From assembly GCA_030447505.1 (NCBI GenBank), contig JAUJOT010000008.1:97400-161399 (forward strand): a DNA stretch of 64,000 bases. Direction: 5' to 3'. This document shows, one piece after another, positions 54,124 through 63,910 of this stretch. Position numbers and translations under genes: made by a program. The notes beneath the pieces were generated by a model. That model saw nothing but the letters and a program-made list of their open reading frames with translations. It was not told where the DNA came from and made no database searches. Within the stretch, counting starts at the first letter, position 1. Each line of letters starts with the position of its first letter. The stretch is from Solirubrobacteraceae bacterium. Its GTDB lineage: Bacteria > Actinomycetota > Thermoleophilia > Solirubrobacterales > Solirubrobacteraceae.

Positions 54124-55203
54124 TCAGCCGCCGGCCTCCGCCAGCCGCTCGCGCGCCAGCACGATCGCCGCATCGAGCGGCGTCGCGTCCCGCACGGCGG
54201 CGTCGTCGAAGATCCGCCGCAGCGTGTCGCCGATCCCGCGCACGAGCCTGCCGGCGCGGCGCGGGTCATAGCCGCCGGGCTCTAGCTCGACCGAGATGTT
54301 GATGATGCCGCCCGCGTTGACGACGAAGTCCGGTGCCCAGAGGACGCCGCGCTGCGCGAGGACGGCCGCGACGTCGTCGTCGGCGAGCTGGTTATTCGCC
54401 GCGCCGGCGACGATCGGCGCACCGAGCCGGGCGACGCTGTCGTGATCGAGCAGCCCGCCGAGCGCGCACGGCGCGAACACGTCGACCGCCGCCGTGAGCG
54501 CCTCTGCGGGCTCGACCCAGCGCGCGCTCAGGGTGTCCGCGAGCGCACGCTTGCGCGGATCGATGTCGTTCACGAGCAGCGTCGCTCCGGCCTTCGCGCA
54601 GGCCGTCGCAACGCGGCCGCCGACGTTGCCGAGGCCGGAGATGGCGATCGTCCGACCCCGCAGCGAGGGCGTCCCGAAGACGCGCTCGCAGCAGACGCCG
54701 ATCGCCGTCTCGACGCCGAGCGCGGTCCACGGGCTCGGATCGCCCGAGCCGCCGTGCCGCCGCGAGAGGCCGGTCACGTGGCTCGTCACGGAGGAGATGA
54801 GCTGCATGTCGCGTGCCGACGTGCCGACGTCCTCGGCCGTGATGTAGCTGCCGCCGAGCGCGGCGACGGTGTCGCCGAAGTCGCGCAGCGCGTCGGCGCG
54901 CCGGCCGCGGCCGCGGGCTGAAGCGGCGGGGTCGGGCGCCATGATCACGCCCTTGCCGCCGCCGAGCGGCAGGCCGGCGACGGCCGACTTGAAGGTCATC
55001 GCCTGCGACAGCCGCAGCGCGTCGCGGACCGCCGCCCGCGCATCGCCGTAGTGCCACATGCGACAGCCGCCGAGCGCGGGGCCACGCGCCGTCGAGTGCA
55101 CGGCGACGATCGTGAAGCAGCGCGAGCGCGTGCCGCGGCGTACAAGCAGCGTCTCGTGGTCGAGCGTTGCGAGGTAGCGGTCGATGCCTACGACGCTACT
55201 CAA
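54124..55203 (-). CDS. Glu/Leu/Phe/Val dehydrogenase family enzyme (Leu/Val dehydrogenase-like)
   Basis: LGGGKGVI (catalytic Lys region), GLGNVGG (Rossmann fold) and GAANNQL are present. The TTG start at 55203 lies 4 nt after the sigma gene stop. Confidence 0.85.
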   Translation of the reverse strand: MSSVVGIDRYLATLDHETLLVRRGTRSRCFTIVAVHSTARGPALGGCRMWHYGDARAAVRDALRLSQAMTFKSAVAGLPLGGGKGVIMAPDPAASARGRGRRADALRDFGDTVAALGGSYITAEDVGTSARDMQLISSVTSHVTGLSRRHGGSGDPSPWTALGVETAIGVCCERVFGTPSLRGRTIAISGLGNVGGRVATACAKAGATLLVNDIDPRKRALADTLSARWVEPAEALTAAVDVFAPCALGGLLDHDSVARLGAPIVAGAANNQLADDDVAAVLAQRGVLWAPDFVVNAGGIINISVELEPGGYDPRRAGRLVRGIGDTLRRIFDDAAVRDATPLDAAIVLARERLAEAGG

Positions 55204-55207
55204 GCGA

Positions 55208-56614
55208 CTACGGCGCGGGGGCGACCGCTGCGGCCGACGCCGCGGGCGCGGCGGCAGGCGCGTCTACCGGTGCCGAGGCGCCGCCGCTGTCGGGCGCCGT
55301 GCCGGGCGCCGCGGAGGCGCCGACCGGCAGCTCCCCGCTCGGCTGCAGGCCGTCGACATCGTCAGCGAAGCCCTCGTCCTCGTCGGGCGCCGCCGCGCCG
55401 CCGGTCACCGCGTCGGCCGCGCCGACGGCCGTCGCCGCGGCCGGCGCCGTGCTCGCGCGCGTCGGCGATGCCGTGCTGCGGCGGATCTCGCTGCCCGCGG
55501 AACCGCCGGCGTCGGCGCCGGCCTTGCCCGAGCCCGACAGAGACGCGCCGATCGCCCCGGCCGCCGTCGCGGCGCTGCCCGTGGGCTGTATCGGGATCGG
55601 CGCCCCAGGCGCGCCAACAGAACCCTGCGCCGAGCGCGCGCCGCCGCCGGACGGCTCCTTCAGCTTGTCGGTGACCTCGGCGGCACCGCCCGCGGCGAGG
55701 GCCGCGCAGCAGACGACGGCTGTGACCTTCGCGGCCGTGCCGCCGCCCGCGACGACGACGACCCCGCCGCCCGCGGCGCTGCTGGCGGCGCCGCCGCCGG
55801 CCGCGCCTCCGAGGCCGAGCAGCTTGAGCGCGGCGCCCAGCGGTCCCGCGCCGGCCGGGGACATCGCGGCCAGCCCCTCGCGCACGCCGCGCAGCTGTGC
55901 GCGGTACTGGCTGCAGACGGCGCAGTCGCGCAGGTGGCGCCGCGAGCGCCCGCTCGCGCGCACGCCGCGATCAAACGCGCCGACCAGATCGGCACGGATC
56001 TCCGAGCACGCGGTGTCGCGTGCCTCGAGCGCCTCCACGAGCCCGATCCGCGCGCGCACGAGCAGCGACTTCACCGCCGGCAACGACACGCCGAGCGCCT
56101 CGCTCAGCTCGGCGTAGCTCATGCCGTCCATCTCGCGCATCAGTAGCGCCGAGCGCTGCTGGTCGGGCAGCCGGCGCACGTCCTCGATCAGCTGACGTAG
56201 GTCCTCGCGGCGCTCGGACTCGACGATCGGGTCGTGCAGCGGCTTGCGCGACGTGTCGAAGAGGTCGACCGCCGGGGGGACCGGCCTGCGCAGATGGTCG
56301 ATGCAGCGGTTGTGCGCGACGCGGTACAGCCAGGCGCGCAGCGACAGCGGACGCTCGCTGCCGCGCAGCGAGGAGTAGGCGCGCAGGAAGACGTCCTGCA
56401 GGGCGTCCTCGGCATCCTGTCGCGATCCGCCGAGCATCTGCCGGGCGTAGGCGAACAGGCGCTGGCGGTAGCGATCGTGGATGACGCTGAAGGCGGCGTC
56501 GTTGCCCGCGCGGAAGAGCGCCACGAGCTGCTCGTCCGAGCGCAGCCGCAGAAGCGGCGCCGTGACCGAGATCCGGTTGATTGCGGCGGGTGCTCTGAGC
56601 GCTCCGGCCTCCAT
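55208..56614 (-). CDS. ECF sigma factor fused to a zinc-finger anti-sigma-like segment, a TM helix and a Gly/Ala/Pro-rich tail
   Basis: Sigma-2 region DALQDVFLRAYSSL...WLYRVAHNRCIDHLRR. Sigma-4 region QRSALLMREMDGMSYAELSEALGVSLPAVKSLLVRAR. HLRDCAVC gives Hx3Cx2C. The TM helix is VTAVVCCAALAAGGAA. A low-complexity stretch of about 170 aa follows. Confidence 0.85.
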   Translation of the reverse strand: MEAGALRAPAAINRISVTAPLLRLRSDEQLVALFRAGNDAAFSVIHDRYRQRLFAYARQMLGGSRQDAEDALQDVFLRAYSSLRGSERPLSLRAWLYRVAHNRCIDHLRRPVPPAVDLFDTSRKPLHDPIVESERREDLRQLIEDVRRLPDQQRSALLMREMDGMSYAELSEALGVSLPAVKSLLVRARIGLVEALEARDTACSEIRADLVGAFDRGVRASGRSRRHLRDCAVCSQYRAQLRGVREGLAAMSPAGAGPLGAALKLLGLGGAAGGGAASSAAGGGVVVVAGGGTAAKVTAVVCCAALAAGGAAEVTDKLKEPSGGGARSAQGSVGAPGAPIPIQPTGSAATAAGAIGASLSGSGKAGADAGGSAGSEIRRSTASPTRASTAPAAATAVGAADAVTGGAAAPDEDEGFADDVDGLQPSGELPVGASAAPGTAPDSGGASAPVDAPAAAPAASAAAVAPAP

Positions 56615-56676
56615 GCGGCTACCCCGTCAACTGTAACTGCTGAGCGGCCGGAGGCCGTACGACTTCCTGCAATGCG

Positions 56677-57540
56677 CTACAGATCCGCGTGCGTGCGCAG
56701 CGACGCCGCGATGACGACGAGCGCGATCGCGGCCGCCTCGACGAGCCCCGGAACCTGGCCGAGGACGATCGCGCCGATCACCGCGGCGGTCGCGGGCAGC
56801 AGCGCGAGCAGCAGCGCGAAGCGCGCACGCGCCAGCCGCCGCATCGCGATCTGCTCGAGCGCGTAGGGCACGACGCTCGACGCGACACCGACCGCGAGGC
56901 ACGCTGCCAGCAGCGGCGGGCTGACGATCGCCGGCACCGCGCTGACGACGAGGAAGGGGGCGAGTCCGGCCGCGCCGATCGCCATCGCCAGCGCCAGGCC
57001 ATCCTGCGGCCGGATCTCCGTGTCGGCCGCGACGCGGTGGCCGAGCACGATGTACGCGGCCCAGAACAGGCCGGCGCCGGCCGCCAGGGCGAAGCCGCCG
57101 GGGCTGCCGGCGAGGTGCACGTCGGCGAGCGCCAGCACGCCGACGGCGGCGAGCGCGAGCGCGGCGACGTCGCGCGGCGTGCGCGAGCCGAGCGCGGCCA
57201 CGAAGATCGGACCGCAGAACTCGATCGCGACCGCCGTGCCGAGCGGCAGCCGGTCGATCGCGAGGTAGAAGCACAGGTTCATCAGCGCGAGCGCCACGCC
57301 GAAGGCGCCGACGAGCTGCAGCCGCGCGGGCGTCCAGCGCGTCTGCCACGGCCGCCGCCAGGCGACGAGCACCGCCGCCGCCGCGACGACGCGCAGCCAC
57401 GCCACTCCCGCGGCGGGGACCGCGGCGAACAGCAGCACGGCAAGCGCCGCGCCGACGTACTGCGAGATCGCGCCGAGGACGAACAGCGCCTGCGGGGGCA
57501 GCCGGTCCAGGGTGGCGGCGGCGGGCGCGGCGCGCAGCAT
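56677..57540 (-). CDS. EamA/DMT-family transporter
   Basis: ATG at 57540. Ten hydrophobic helices form two EamA-like halves (…LFYLAIDRLPLGTAVAIEF…). Confidence 0.8.
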   Translation of the reverse strand: MLRAAPAAATLDRLPPQALFVLGAISQYVGAALAVLLFAAVPAAGVAWLRVVAAAAVLVAWRRPWQTRWTPARLQLVGAFGVALALMNLCFYLAIDRLPLGTAVAIEFCGPIFVAALGSRTPRDVAALALAAVGVLALADVHLAGSPGGFALAAGAGLFWAAYIVLGHRVAADTEIRPQDGLALAMAIGAAGLAPFLVVSAVPAIVSPPLLAACLAVGVASSVVPYALEQIAMRRLARARFALLLALLPATAAVIGAIVLGQVPGLVEAAAIALVVIAASLRTHADL

Positions 57541-57690
57541 CGGGTGTAAGGCTATGGCGCCTGGAGGGAGGCGCTGCGTCAGCGGCTCGTGCGCGCTGGG
57601 TCTGCACACGATCCTCGACGCGCCCGCGGTCCGGGCGCTCCACAGCATCCGCACAAAACCTCCAACGCGCCCCGACGCGCGCGGCTTAGC

Positions 57691-58404
57691 ATGCGCCTCG
57701 TGGAGGGAGCGCGGAGGACGACGATCGTCATCGTGGAGGACGAGCCGGCGATCGCCGACGCGCTCGCTGCGCGCCTGCGCGTGGAGGGATTCGCCGTCGA
57801 GGTCGCCGGCGACGGCCTGCGCGGGGTCGAGCTGTGCGACCGCATCGCGCCCGACCTCGTCGTGCTGGACGTCATGCTGCCGGCGATCGACGGCCACGAG
57901 GTCTGCCGGCGCATCCAGCGCGAGCGCCCGGTGCCGGTCCTGATGCTGACGGCGCTCGACAGCGAGGCCGACCTGCTCGTCGGGCTCGGCGTCGGCGCCG
58001 ACGACTACATGACGAAGCCGTTCAGTCAGCGCGAGTTCGTGGCGCGCGTGCGGGCGCTGCTGCGGCGCGCGCAGCGCGCCGGCGAGCCGGCGCCGAAGGC
58101 GATCAGCGCGGGTCCGATCACGATCGATCCCGAGCGCCGCGAGGTGCGCCGCGACGGCGCGCTCGTGCACCTCACGCCGACCGAGTTCGACCTCGTGCAC
58201 CGCCTCGCGCTGCGTCCCGGCGTCGTCTTGAGCCGCGAGCAGCTGCTCGAGGAGGTCTGGGGCTACGCCGACGGCAGCGCGGGCGTGCGCACCGTCGACT
58301 CGCACGTCGCGGCGGTCCGGCGCAAGCTCGGCGCCGACGTGCTGCGCACGGTCCAGGGAATCGGCTACGCGTTCGGCATGCCCGCAGCAGCACCCGAGCG
58401 ATGA
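57691..58404 (+). CDS. OmpR-family response regulator
   Basis: The receiver shows IVIVEDEPAI...DLVVLDVMLPAIDG...TKPF. The winged-helix region shows LTPTEFDLV...VDSHVAAVRRKL. Confidence 0.9.
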   Translation: MRLVEGARRTTIVIVEDEPAIADALAARLRVEGFAVEVAGDGLRGVELCDRIAPDLVVLDVMLPAIDGHEVCRRIQRERPVPVLMLTALDSEADLLVGLGVGADDYMTKPFSQREFVARVRALLRRAQRAGEPAPKAISAGPITIDPERREVRRDGALVHLTPTEFDLVHRLALRPGVVLSREQLLEEVWGYADGSAGVRTVDSHVAAVRRKLGADVLRTVQGIGYAFGMPAAAPER

Positions 58405-59408
58405 GACCGCTGCAGTCGCTCGGCTCGCTGAAGCTCAAGCTCGGCATCGTGATCGTCGCGGCCGTGTGGATCACCGCGGGCGCGACGATCGCCGCGGTCC
58501 GCTGGCTCGGATTGCCGTCGATCGTGGGCGCCGGCGCGGGGGTCGCGCTCGCGCTCGCGTGCGTGCAGCTGCTCGCGCGCGGCACGACGAGGCCGCTGCG
58601 CGAGATGGCCGCCGTCGCAACGGCGATGGCGGGCGGCGAGCACGGCCGCCAGGTCGCGGTCTCGTCCAACGACGAGGTTGGCGAGCTCGCCCGCGCGTTC
58701 AACCGGATGACGGCCGAGCTGGCCGAGACCGACCGCCTGCGGCGCGAGCTCGTCGCCAACGTCTCGCACGAGCTGCGCACCCCGCTCGGTGCGCTGCAGG
58801 CGGTGCTCGAGAACGTCGTCGACGGGGTCAGCGAGCCCGATCCCGAGACGCTGCGCACGATGCTCGCGCAGACGCGCCGCCTCGGTCGCCTCGTCTCGCA
58901 GCTGCTCGACCTCTCGCGCCTGGAGGCCGGCGAGCAGCCGTTCGACATGCGCTCGTTCGCGCCGCGCGAGATCCTCGAGAGCGCTGCCCGCGAGGCGCGC
59001 CTGCATGCACCCGAGGACGTCGTCTTCTCGATCGATGCGACCGCGGCGCTCGAGGCGCACGGCGACCCGGAGCGCATCCACCAGGTCGTCGTGAACCTCG
59101 TCGAGAACGCGGTCCGCTACTCGCCGCGGCCCGGCCAGGTGGCGCTGCGCGCGTCCTCGGGCGCCGATCACAGCGTCGTGCTCGAAGTCGAGGACGAGGG
59201 GCCGGGGATCCCGCGCGAGGATCTCGAGCGCGTGTTCGAGCGCTTCTACCGCGGCGACGGGCGACGCGGCGCGGACGGCGGCGGCGCCGGGCTGGGCCTG
59301 GCGATCGCGCGCTGGATCGTCGAGCTGCACGGCGGAACGATCCGCGCCCAGCGGCGCGAGCCGCAGGGCAGCCAGATCGTTGTCACGCTGCCGCAGTCGG
59401 ACGCATGA
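58401..59408 (+). CDS. sensor histidine kinase (TM-HAMP-HisKA-HATPase)
   Basis: ATGA overlap with the regulator. H-box is SHELRTPL, N-box is VVNLVENAVRYS, and the G-boxes are DEGPGIP and GGAGLGLAI. Confidence 0.9.
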   Translation: MRPLQSLGSLKLKLGIVIVAAVWITAGATIAAVRWLGLPSIVGAGAGVALALACVQLLARGTTRPLREMAAVATAMAGGEHGRQVAVSSNDEVGELARAFNRMTAELAETDRLRRELVANVSHELRTPLGALQAVLENVVDGVSEPDPETLRTMLAQTRRLGRLVSQLLDLSRLEAGEQPFDMRSFAPREILESAAREARLHAPEDVVFSIDATAALEAHGDPERIHQVVVNLVENAVRYSPRPGQVALRASSGADHSVVLEVEDEGPGIPREDLERVFERFYRGDGRRGADGGGAGLGLAIARWIVELHGGTIRAQRREPQGSQIVVTLPQSDA

Positions 59409-60793
59409 GCGCGAGCGGCCCGCGCTTCGCGCTCGCGGCGACGTGCGCCGGCGTCCTCGCCGCGGCGCTGCTGCCCGGCGCGCGTGCCGGCCTCGGCCTC
59501 GTGCTCGTCGCGGTCGCGCTCGCCGTCGCCGCCGCGCTCGCCGGGCCCGTGCCGCATCCGCTGCGCGCGGCGCTCCTCGGTGCCCTCGCGCTCGGGCTGG
59601 CCGCCTCGGCGGCGTTCCGCGACGCCGGCTGGGTCGTCGCGGGCGAGCTTGCCGGCGCACTCGTGCTCGCTTCGATCGCGATGAGCGCGCCGCTGCACTG
59701 GCGCGCGACCGCGCTCGCATCGATCGCCGCGCTGCTGCGGATGCCGTCGGGCGCGCGGCGCGTCGCGCGGGCCGCCGCCGCCGGCCGGTCGGGCGGGCCC
59801 GTCGCCAAGGGCGTCGCGCTCGGCCGCGGCCTCGTCCTGACGGGGGCGCTCGTCGCGATCTTCGGCGCCTTGCTCGCGAGCGGCGACCGCGCGTTCGCCC
59901 AGCTCGCGGGAGACGTCCTGCCCGACGCGGTGGCGCTCGACGACCTGCCGCTGCGGCTCGTCGTCTTCGGCCTCGTCATGTCGTTCGCGGGCGGACTCGC
60001 GCAGGCTGCGACCGTCGCCGACGAGCCCGCGCGCCGGCCCCTGCTGCGTCTCGGCCGCCTCGAGTGGCTGCTCGCGCTCGTTGCGCTGGACGCGCTGTTC
60101 GCTCTGTTCGTCGCCGTCCAGGTCGCGGTCCTCTTCGGCGGCGATGCGTACGTCCGCGAGACCTCGGGCCTGACGTACGCGCAGTACGCGCGCTCGGGAT
60201 TCGCGCAGCTCGTCGTCGTCACGGCGCTGACGCTCGGCGTCGTCGCGAGCGCGCTGCGCTGGGCGCGCACCGAGCACGCGCGCGACGCGGCCGTCCTGCG
60301 GGCGCTGCTCGCGACCCTGTGCCTGCTGACGCTGGTCGTGCTCGTGTCGGCGCTGCACCGGCTGGGGCTCTACGAGGAGGCCTACGGCTTCACGCGGCTA
60401 CGGCTCGCCGTGCACGCGCTGCTGCTGTTCGGCGGCGCGCTGTTCGTGCTCGTGATCGCAGCGCTGGCGAGCGGCCGGCGCGACTGGCTCGCGCGGGCGA
60501 CGGTCGTGCTCGGCGCGCTCGCCGCGCTCGCCTTCTGGGTCGCCGACCCCGACCGCCGGATCGCGGCGCACAACGTCGAGCGCTATCAGTCCACCGGCCG
60601 CATCGACGCCGGCTACCTGTCTGGCCTCAGCGCGGACGCGGTGTCGCCGCTGCTGCGCCTGCCGCCCGCGCTGCGCGAGCAGGTGCTGGCGCGCCAGCGC
60701 GCGCGGATCGCGGGCGGCGAGCGGGACGGGCTCGCCGGAGCAAATCGCGCCCGCGCGCGGGCGCGTGACGCACTCGCCGAGGGCGGGCCGTAG
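59405..60793 (+). CDS. polytopic membrane protein, DUF4153/DUF4173-like
   Basis: ATGA overlap with the kinase stop. More than 10 hydrophobic helices are followed by a C-terminal soluble tail (…AHNVERYQSTGRIDAGYLSGLSADAV…). Confidence 0.7.
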   Translation: MSASGPRFALAATCAGVLAAALLPGARAGLGLVLVAVALAVAAALAGPVPHPLRAALLGALALGLAASAAFRDAGWVVAGELAGALVLASIAMSAPLHWRATALASIAALLRMPSGARRVARAAAAGRSGGPVAKGVALGRGLVLTGALVAIFGALLASGDRAFAQLAGDVLPDAVALDDLPLRLVVFGLVMSFAGGLAQAATVADEPARRPLLRLGRLEWLLALVALDALFALFVAVQVAVLFGGDAYVRETSGLTYAQYARSGFAQLVVVTALTLGVVASALRWARTEHARDAAVLRALLATLCLLTLVVLVSALHRLGLYEEAYGFTRLRLAVHALLLFGGALFVLVIAALASGRRDWLARATVVLGALAALAFWVADPDRRIAAHNVERYQSTGRIDAGYLSGLSADAVSPLLRLPPALREQVLARQRARIAGGERDGLAGANRARARARDALAEGGP

Positions 60794-60803
60794 CCTCGGC
60801 GGC

Positions 60804-61217
60804 ATGAGAGCCCGGTGCAGCCTGCTCGCCGCCGCCCTGTCGCTCGTCGCCGCCGGCTGCGGGGAGCAGCGCGGCAACGCGACCCGCACGCTGCCCGAGC
60901 CTGCCGGCGCCGCGCCGACGATCGACCGGCGCGCGGTCGCCAGCGCCGAGGTGTCGCTCGTCGACTACGCGCTCGTCGTGTCCGATCCGCGCGTGCCGCG
61001 CGCGGGCCTGATCGCGTTCGCGGCGACGAACGACGGCCTCGTCCGCCACGCGCTCGCCGTCGACGGCCCGTCGGGGCAGGTGCGCACGGCGGCGCTGCGC
61101 CGCGGCGAGCGCGCGGTGTTCACCGTGCGGCTGCCGCCCGGCACGTACAAGTGGTACTGCCCGATCGCCGACCACGAGCAGCGCGGCATGGTCGGCCGCG
61201 TGCGCGTCGCGGAGTGA
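60804..61217 (+). CDS. cupredoxin-like (plastocyanin/azurin family) lipoprotein
   Basis: Lipobox LVAAGC is present. Candidate type-1 Cu ligands are the His in VRHALAV and the Cys, His and Met in YKWYCPIADHEQRGM (C-x4-H-x4-M). Confidence 0.75.
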   Translation: MRARCSLLAAALSLVAAGCGEQRGNATRTLPEPAGAAPTIDRRAVASAEVSLVDYALVVSDPRVPRAGLIAFAATNDGLVRHALAVDGPSGQVRTAALRRGERAVFTVRLPPGTYKWYCPIADHEQRGMVGRVRVAE

Positions 61218-61260
61218 GACCGCGCGCTCGCTGCCGTCCCGGGCCTCCGAAGGTCGGGGG

Positions 61261-61899
61261 CTAGCCGATCGCGTGCTCGACGGCCCAGCGCGTGAGCTCG
61301 GAGCGACGCCGCAGGCCCGTCTTCTCCCGGATCCGCGTGAGGTGGTTCTGCACGGTGCGCGGCGAGATGAAGAGCTCCTTGCCGATCTCGTTGTCGGTCT
61401 TGCCCTGCACCACGAGGCGCAGGACGTCGAGCTCGCGGCCCTGCAGCGGGCGCACGGGCGACTGCTCGCCGCGCGCCGAGCTCGAGAACTCCTTCAGCAG
61501 GTGGCTTGCGAGCGAGGGCGTGATGACCGAGCCGCCGCCGTGGGCGGTGATGACGGCCTGGCGCAGCTCCTCGCCGGTGCTGCGCTTGGAGAGATAGCCG
61601 GCGGCGCCGGCGGCGATCGCGTCGAGCAGCGTGCTCGCCTGCTCGCTGGCGGTCATCACGATGACGCGGATCTCGGGACGGCTCGTGCGCAGCTTGTCGA
61701 GCACCGCCAGCCCGCCCAGGTCGGGCATCCGCAGATCGAGGATCATCACGTCGGGCCTCAGATCCTCTGCGATCGTCAGCGCGTCGTGCCCGTTCTCGGC
61801 CTGTGCGATGACCTCGATCGCGGGGTCCGCGCTGAGCGCGCGCGCGACGCCCTCGCGCACGAGCGGGAAGTCATCGGCGACAACGACGCGGATCTTCAT
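61261..61899 (-). CDS. NarL/FixJ (LuxR-type HTH) response regulator
   Basis: ATG at 61899. The receiver shows VVVADDFPLVREG...DVMILDLRMPDLGG. The LuxR HTH region is LDVLRLVVQGKTDNEIGKELFISPRTVQNHL. Confidence 0.9.
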   Translation of the reverse strand: MKIRVVVADDFPLVREGVARALSADPAIEVIAQAENGHDALTIAEDLRPDVMILDLRMPDLGGLAVLDKLRTSRPEIRVIVMTASEQASTLLDAIAAGAAGYLSKRSTGEELRQAVITAHGGGSVITPSLASHLLKEFSSSARGEQSPVRPLQGRELDVLRLVVQGKTDNEIGKELFISPRTVQNHLTRIREKTGLRRRSELTRWAVEHAIG

Positions 61900-62810
61900 G
61901 ACTGTTTCAGGCTCCTCGGCTTCGACGTCACGAGCGTGACGAGCGTTCCTCCGCCCGGCGCGTCCTGCAGCGAGGCGTCTCCGCCGACGCGCTTCATGCG
62001 GCCCACGATGCTGCCCTTGACTCCCAGGCCGTCGCCGTTCTGGGCCTGCTCGAGATCGATCCCGATGCCGTCGTCGGTGACGGTCACGGCGGTCCGTCCG
62101 TCGCTGTCGCACTCGACGCGCACGATGACGTGTGAGGCCTGGGCGTGCTTGCGCGCGTTCGTGACGGCCTCGCGCACGGCGCCGGCGAGCGCCTCGACCT
62201 GCTCGCTCGTCGGCTTGGCGCGGATCTCGCCGACGACGAGCTCGACGCGCGGGTCCAGCGAGCGGGCCTGCTCGGTGATGAGCTCGAGCTCCGGCAGCAG
62301 CTCGGGCCCGACCGGCAGCGCGAGCGAGTCCACCCAGCGGTGCAGGTCGCGCGCCGCGCCGCCCGCCAGGCGCGCGATCTTCTCGGCCGAGAGACCGGTG
62401 CCGAATCCGTCGCCCGCGACGAACTCGAGGATCTGCAGCGCGGTGTCGTGCAGGTGGCCGCGGACCCACTCGCGCTCCTCGACGGCGGCGGGGTCGTCGA
62501 CGCCGCCGGGACCGAGCAGGCCGTCCTCGTCGTCGGAGCGCTCGAGCTCTGCGCGCAGCCGGCGCGACTGGCGGTCGGCGCGCGCGATCAGGTCGGCGGG
62601 GGAAGCGGCGGGATCGTCGAGCCCCTCGAGCCCCGGAATGACGTCCGTGCACACACGTGCGAGCAGGCGCGCACGCTCACGCGCGCAGTCGCGGTCGACG
62701 CCCTGCCCGCGTGGTCTGATTGCACCGCGATTGTCGGCGTCCGCGTCCTGCGACCGCCCCGACTGCCCCAGACTCATCACGTTCCTGCCTTCTGGCTCTG
62801 AGACCGTCAT
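61896..62810 (-). CDS. cytoplasmic histidine kinase (HisKA_3-like H-box plus HATPase)
   Basis: ATGA overlap with the regulator start. HLHDTALQ is the H-box. VREAVTNARKHA and DDGIGI...GLGVKG are present. There is no TM helix. An alternative ATG lies at 62777. Confidence 0.8.
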   Translation of the reverse strand: MTVSEPEGRNVMSLGQSGRSQDADADNRGAIRPRGQGVDRDCARERARLLARVCTDVIPGLEGLDDPAASPADLIARADRQSRRLRAELERSDDEDGLLGPGGVDDPAAVEEREWVRGHLHDTALQILEFVAGDGFGTGLSAEKIARLAGGAARDLHRWVDSLALPVGPELLPELELITEQARSLDPRVELVVGEIRAKPTSEQVEALAGAVREAVTNARKHAQASHVIVRVECDSDGRTAVTVTDDGIGIDLEQAQNGDGLGVKGSIVGRMKRVGGDASLQDAPGGGTLVTLVTSKPRSLKQS

Positions 62811-63047
62811 TGGTCTGCAGAAAAAGGAGTGTCTTCGGCTGCAACCTTACGCAAGAGCGGTTGCGATGGTCAACCCTAGTGTGCTTCTCCTCACGCAGCG
62901 ATTGCAGCCTGGGGTCCCCAGTTCTACGGGTGCTGTGCACGCCTTTTATCAGCGGCCGCCGCTGCGTGATCGCGCATCCCGGCGCCTTGCCGAGGGCGCT
63001 GGAGCGCGTGCAGGATCTGCACAGCTTTTCGCGACGGCGTGCTTTCC

Positions 63048-63677
63048 TCAGCCCTCGTAGCCCGGCTCGCCCGGGAGCAGCACGCGCGGCTTGTCGGCGC
63101 CCTCGACGACCCGCGGGAGGATCGGCTGCACGTCGAGGTCACGGGCGTGCTCCAGCAGCTCGTCGACGCTCGCGAACCGCACGAGGCCCTCGAGCAGCTT
63201 GAGCGTCGGGAGGACGAGCGCCAGCTCGCCGCCGACGTACGCGGCGACCGCCGCGGCCGGCGTCGTCCAGCGCAGGTCGACGCACTCGCGGCGATCGACG
63301 CGCGGTTGCGCCGCGGCGGGCGCGCGGGCGACGAAGAAGTGCGTGTCAAAGCGCGTCTGGATCGCCGCGGGCGTGATCCAGCGGCTGTACGGCACGAGCG
63401 CGTCGGGGTGCACGCCCGTCACCGCTGCTTCCTCGGCGAGCTCGCGAACCGCGGTGACGCGATGCGACTCGCCCTCGTCGACCGCTCCACCGGGAAAGAC
63501 CCAGAAGCCGCCCATGAAGCGTTGCTGCGGGTTGCGCTGGACGAGCAGCAGCTCGACGCCGCCGGCAGCGTCGCGGACGAGGATCACGGAGGCGGACTGG
63601 CGCGGTGTCGTCGGAGGTCCCTCGCGCCGCAGCCGCTCGGCGATCGTCGGGCGCTCCACTAGCGGGCCTTCTCGCAA
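63048..63677 (-). CDS. NUDIX hydrolase
   Basis: The Nudix box is FPGGAVDEGESHRVTAVRELAEEAAV. Confidence 0.85.
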   Translation of the reverse strand: MREGPLVERPTIAERLRREGPPTTPRQSASVILVRDAAGGVELLLVQRNPQQRFMGGFWVFPGGAVDEGESHRVTAVRELAEEAAVTGVHPDALVPYSRWITPAAIQTRFDTHFFVARAPAAAQPRVDRRECVDLRWTTPAAAVAAYVGGELALVLPTLKLLEGLVRFASVDELLEHARDLDVQPILPRVVEGADKPRVLLPGEPGYEG

Positions 63678-63727
63678 CGTCGTACGGGCCGACCCACCAG
63701 GCGAAGGTATCGCCTACCCTCCAGCGC

Positions 63728-63910
63728 ATGACGACCGAGACCGCGACCATGCGCTGGATCTGCGAATCCTGCGGCTTCATCTACGAGCCCGACGAGGGCG
63801 ATCCGGACGGCGGCATCCCGCCGGGCACGGCGTTCGAGGACATTCCCGACACGTGGTTCTGTCCGGTCTGCGGCGCGCGCAAGAAGGACTTCACGCGCTA
63901 CGAGGGGTAG
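63728..63910 (+). CDS. rubredoxin
   Basis: WICESCGFIYEPDEGDP...PDTWFCPVCGARKKDF carries two CxxCG knuckles. The start may be the second ATG at 63749. Confidence 0.9.
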   Translation: MTTETATMRWICESCGFIYEPDEGDPDGGIPPGTAFEDIPDTWFCPVCGARKKDFTRYEG

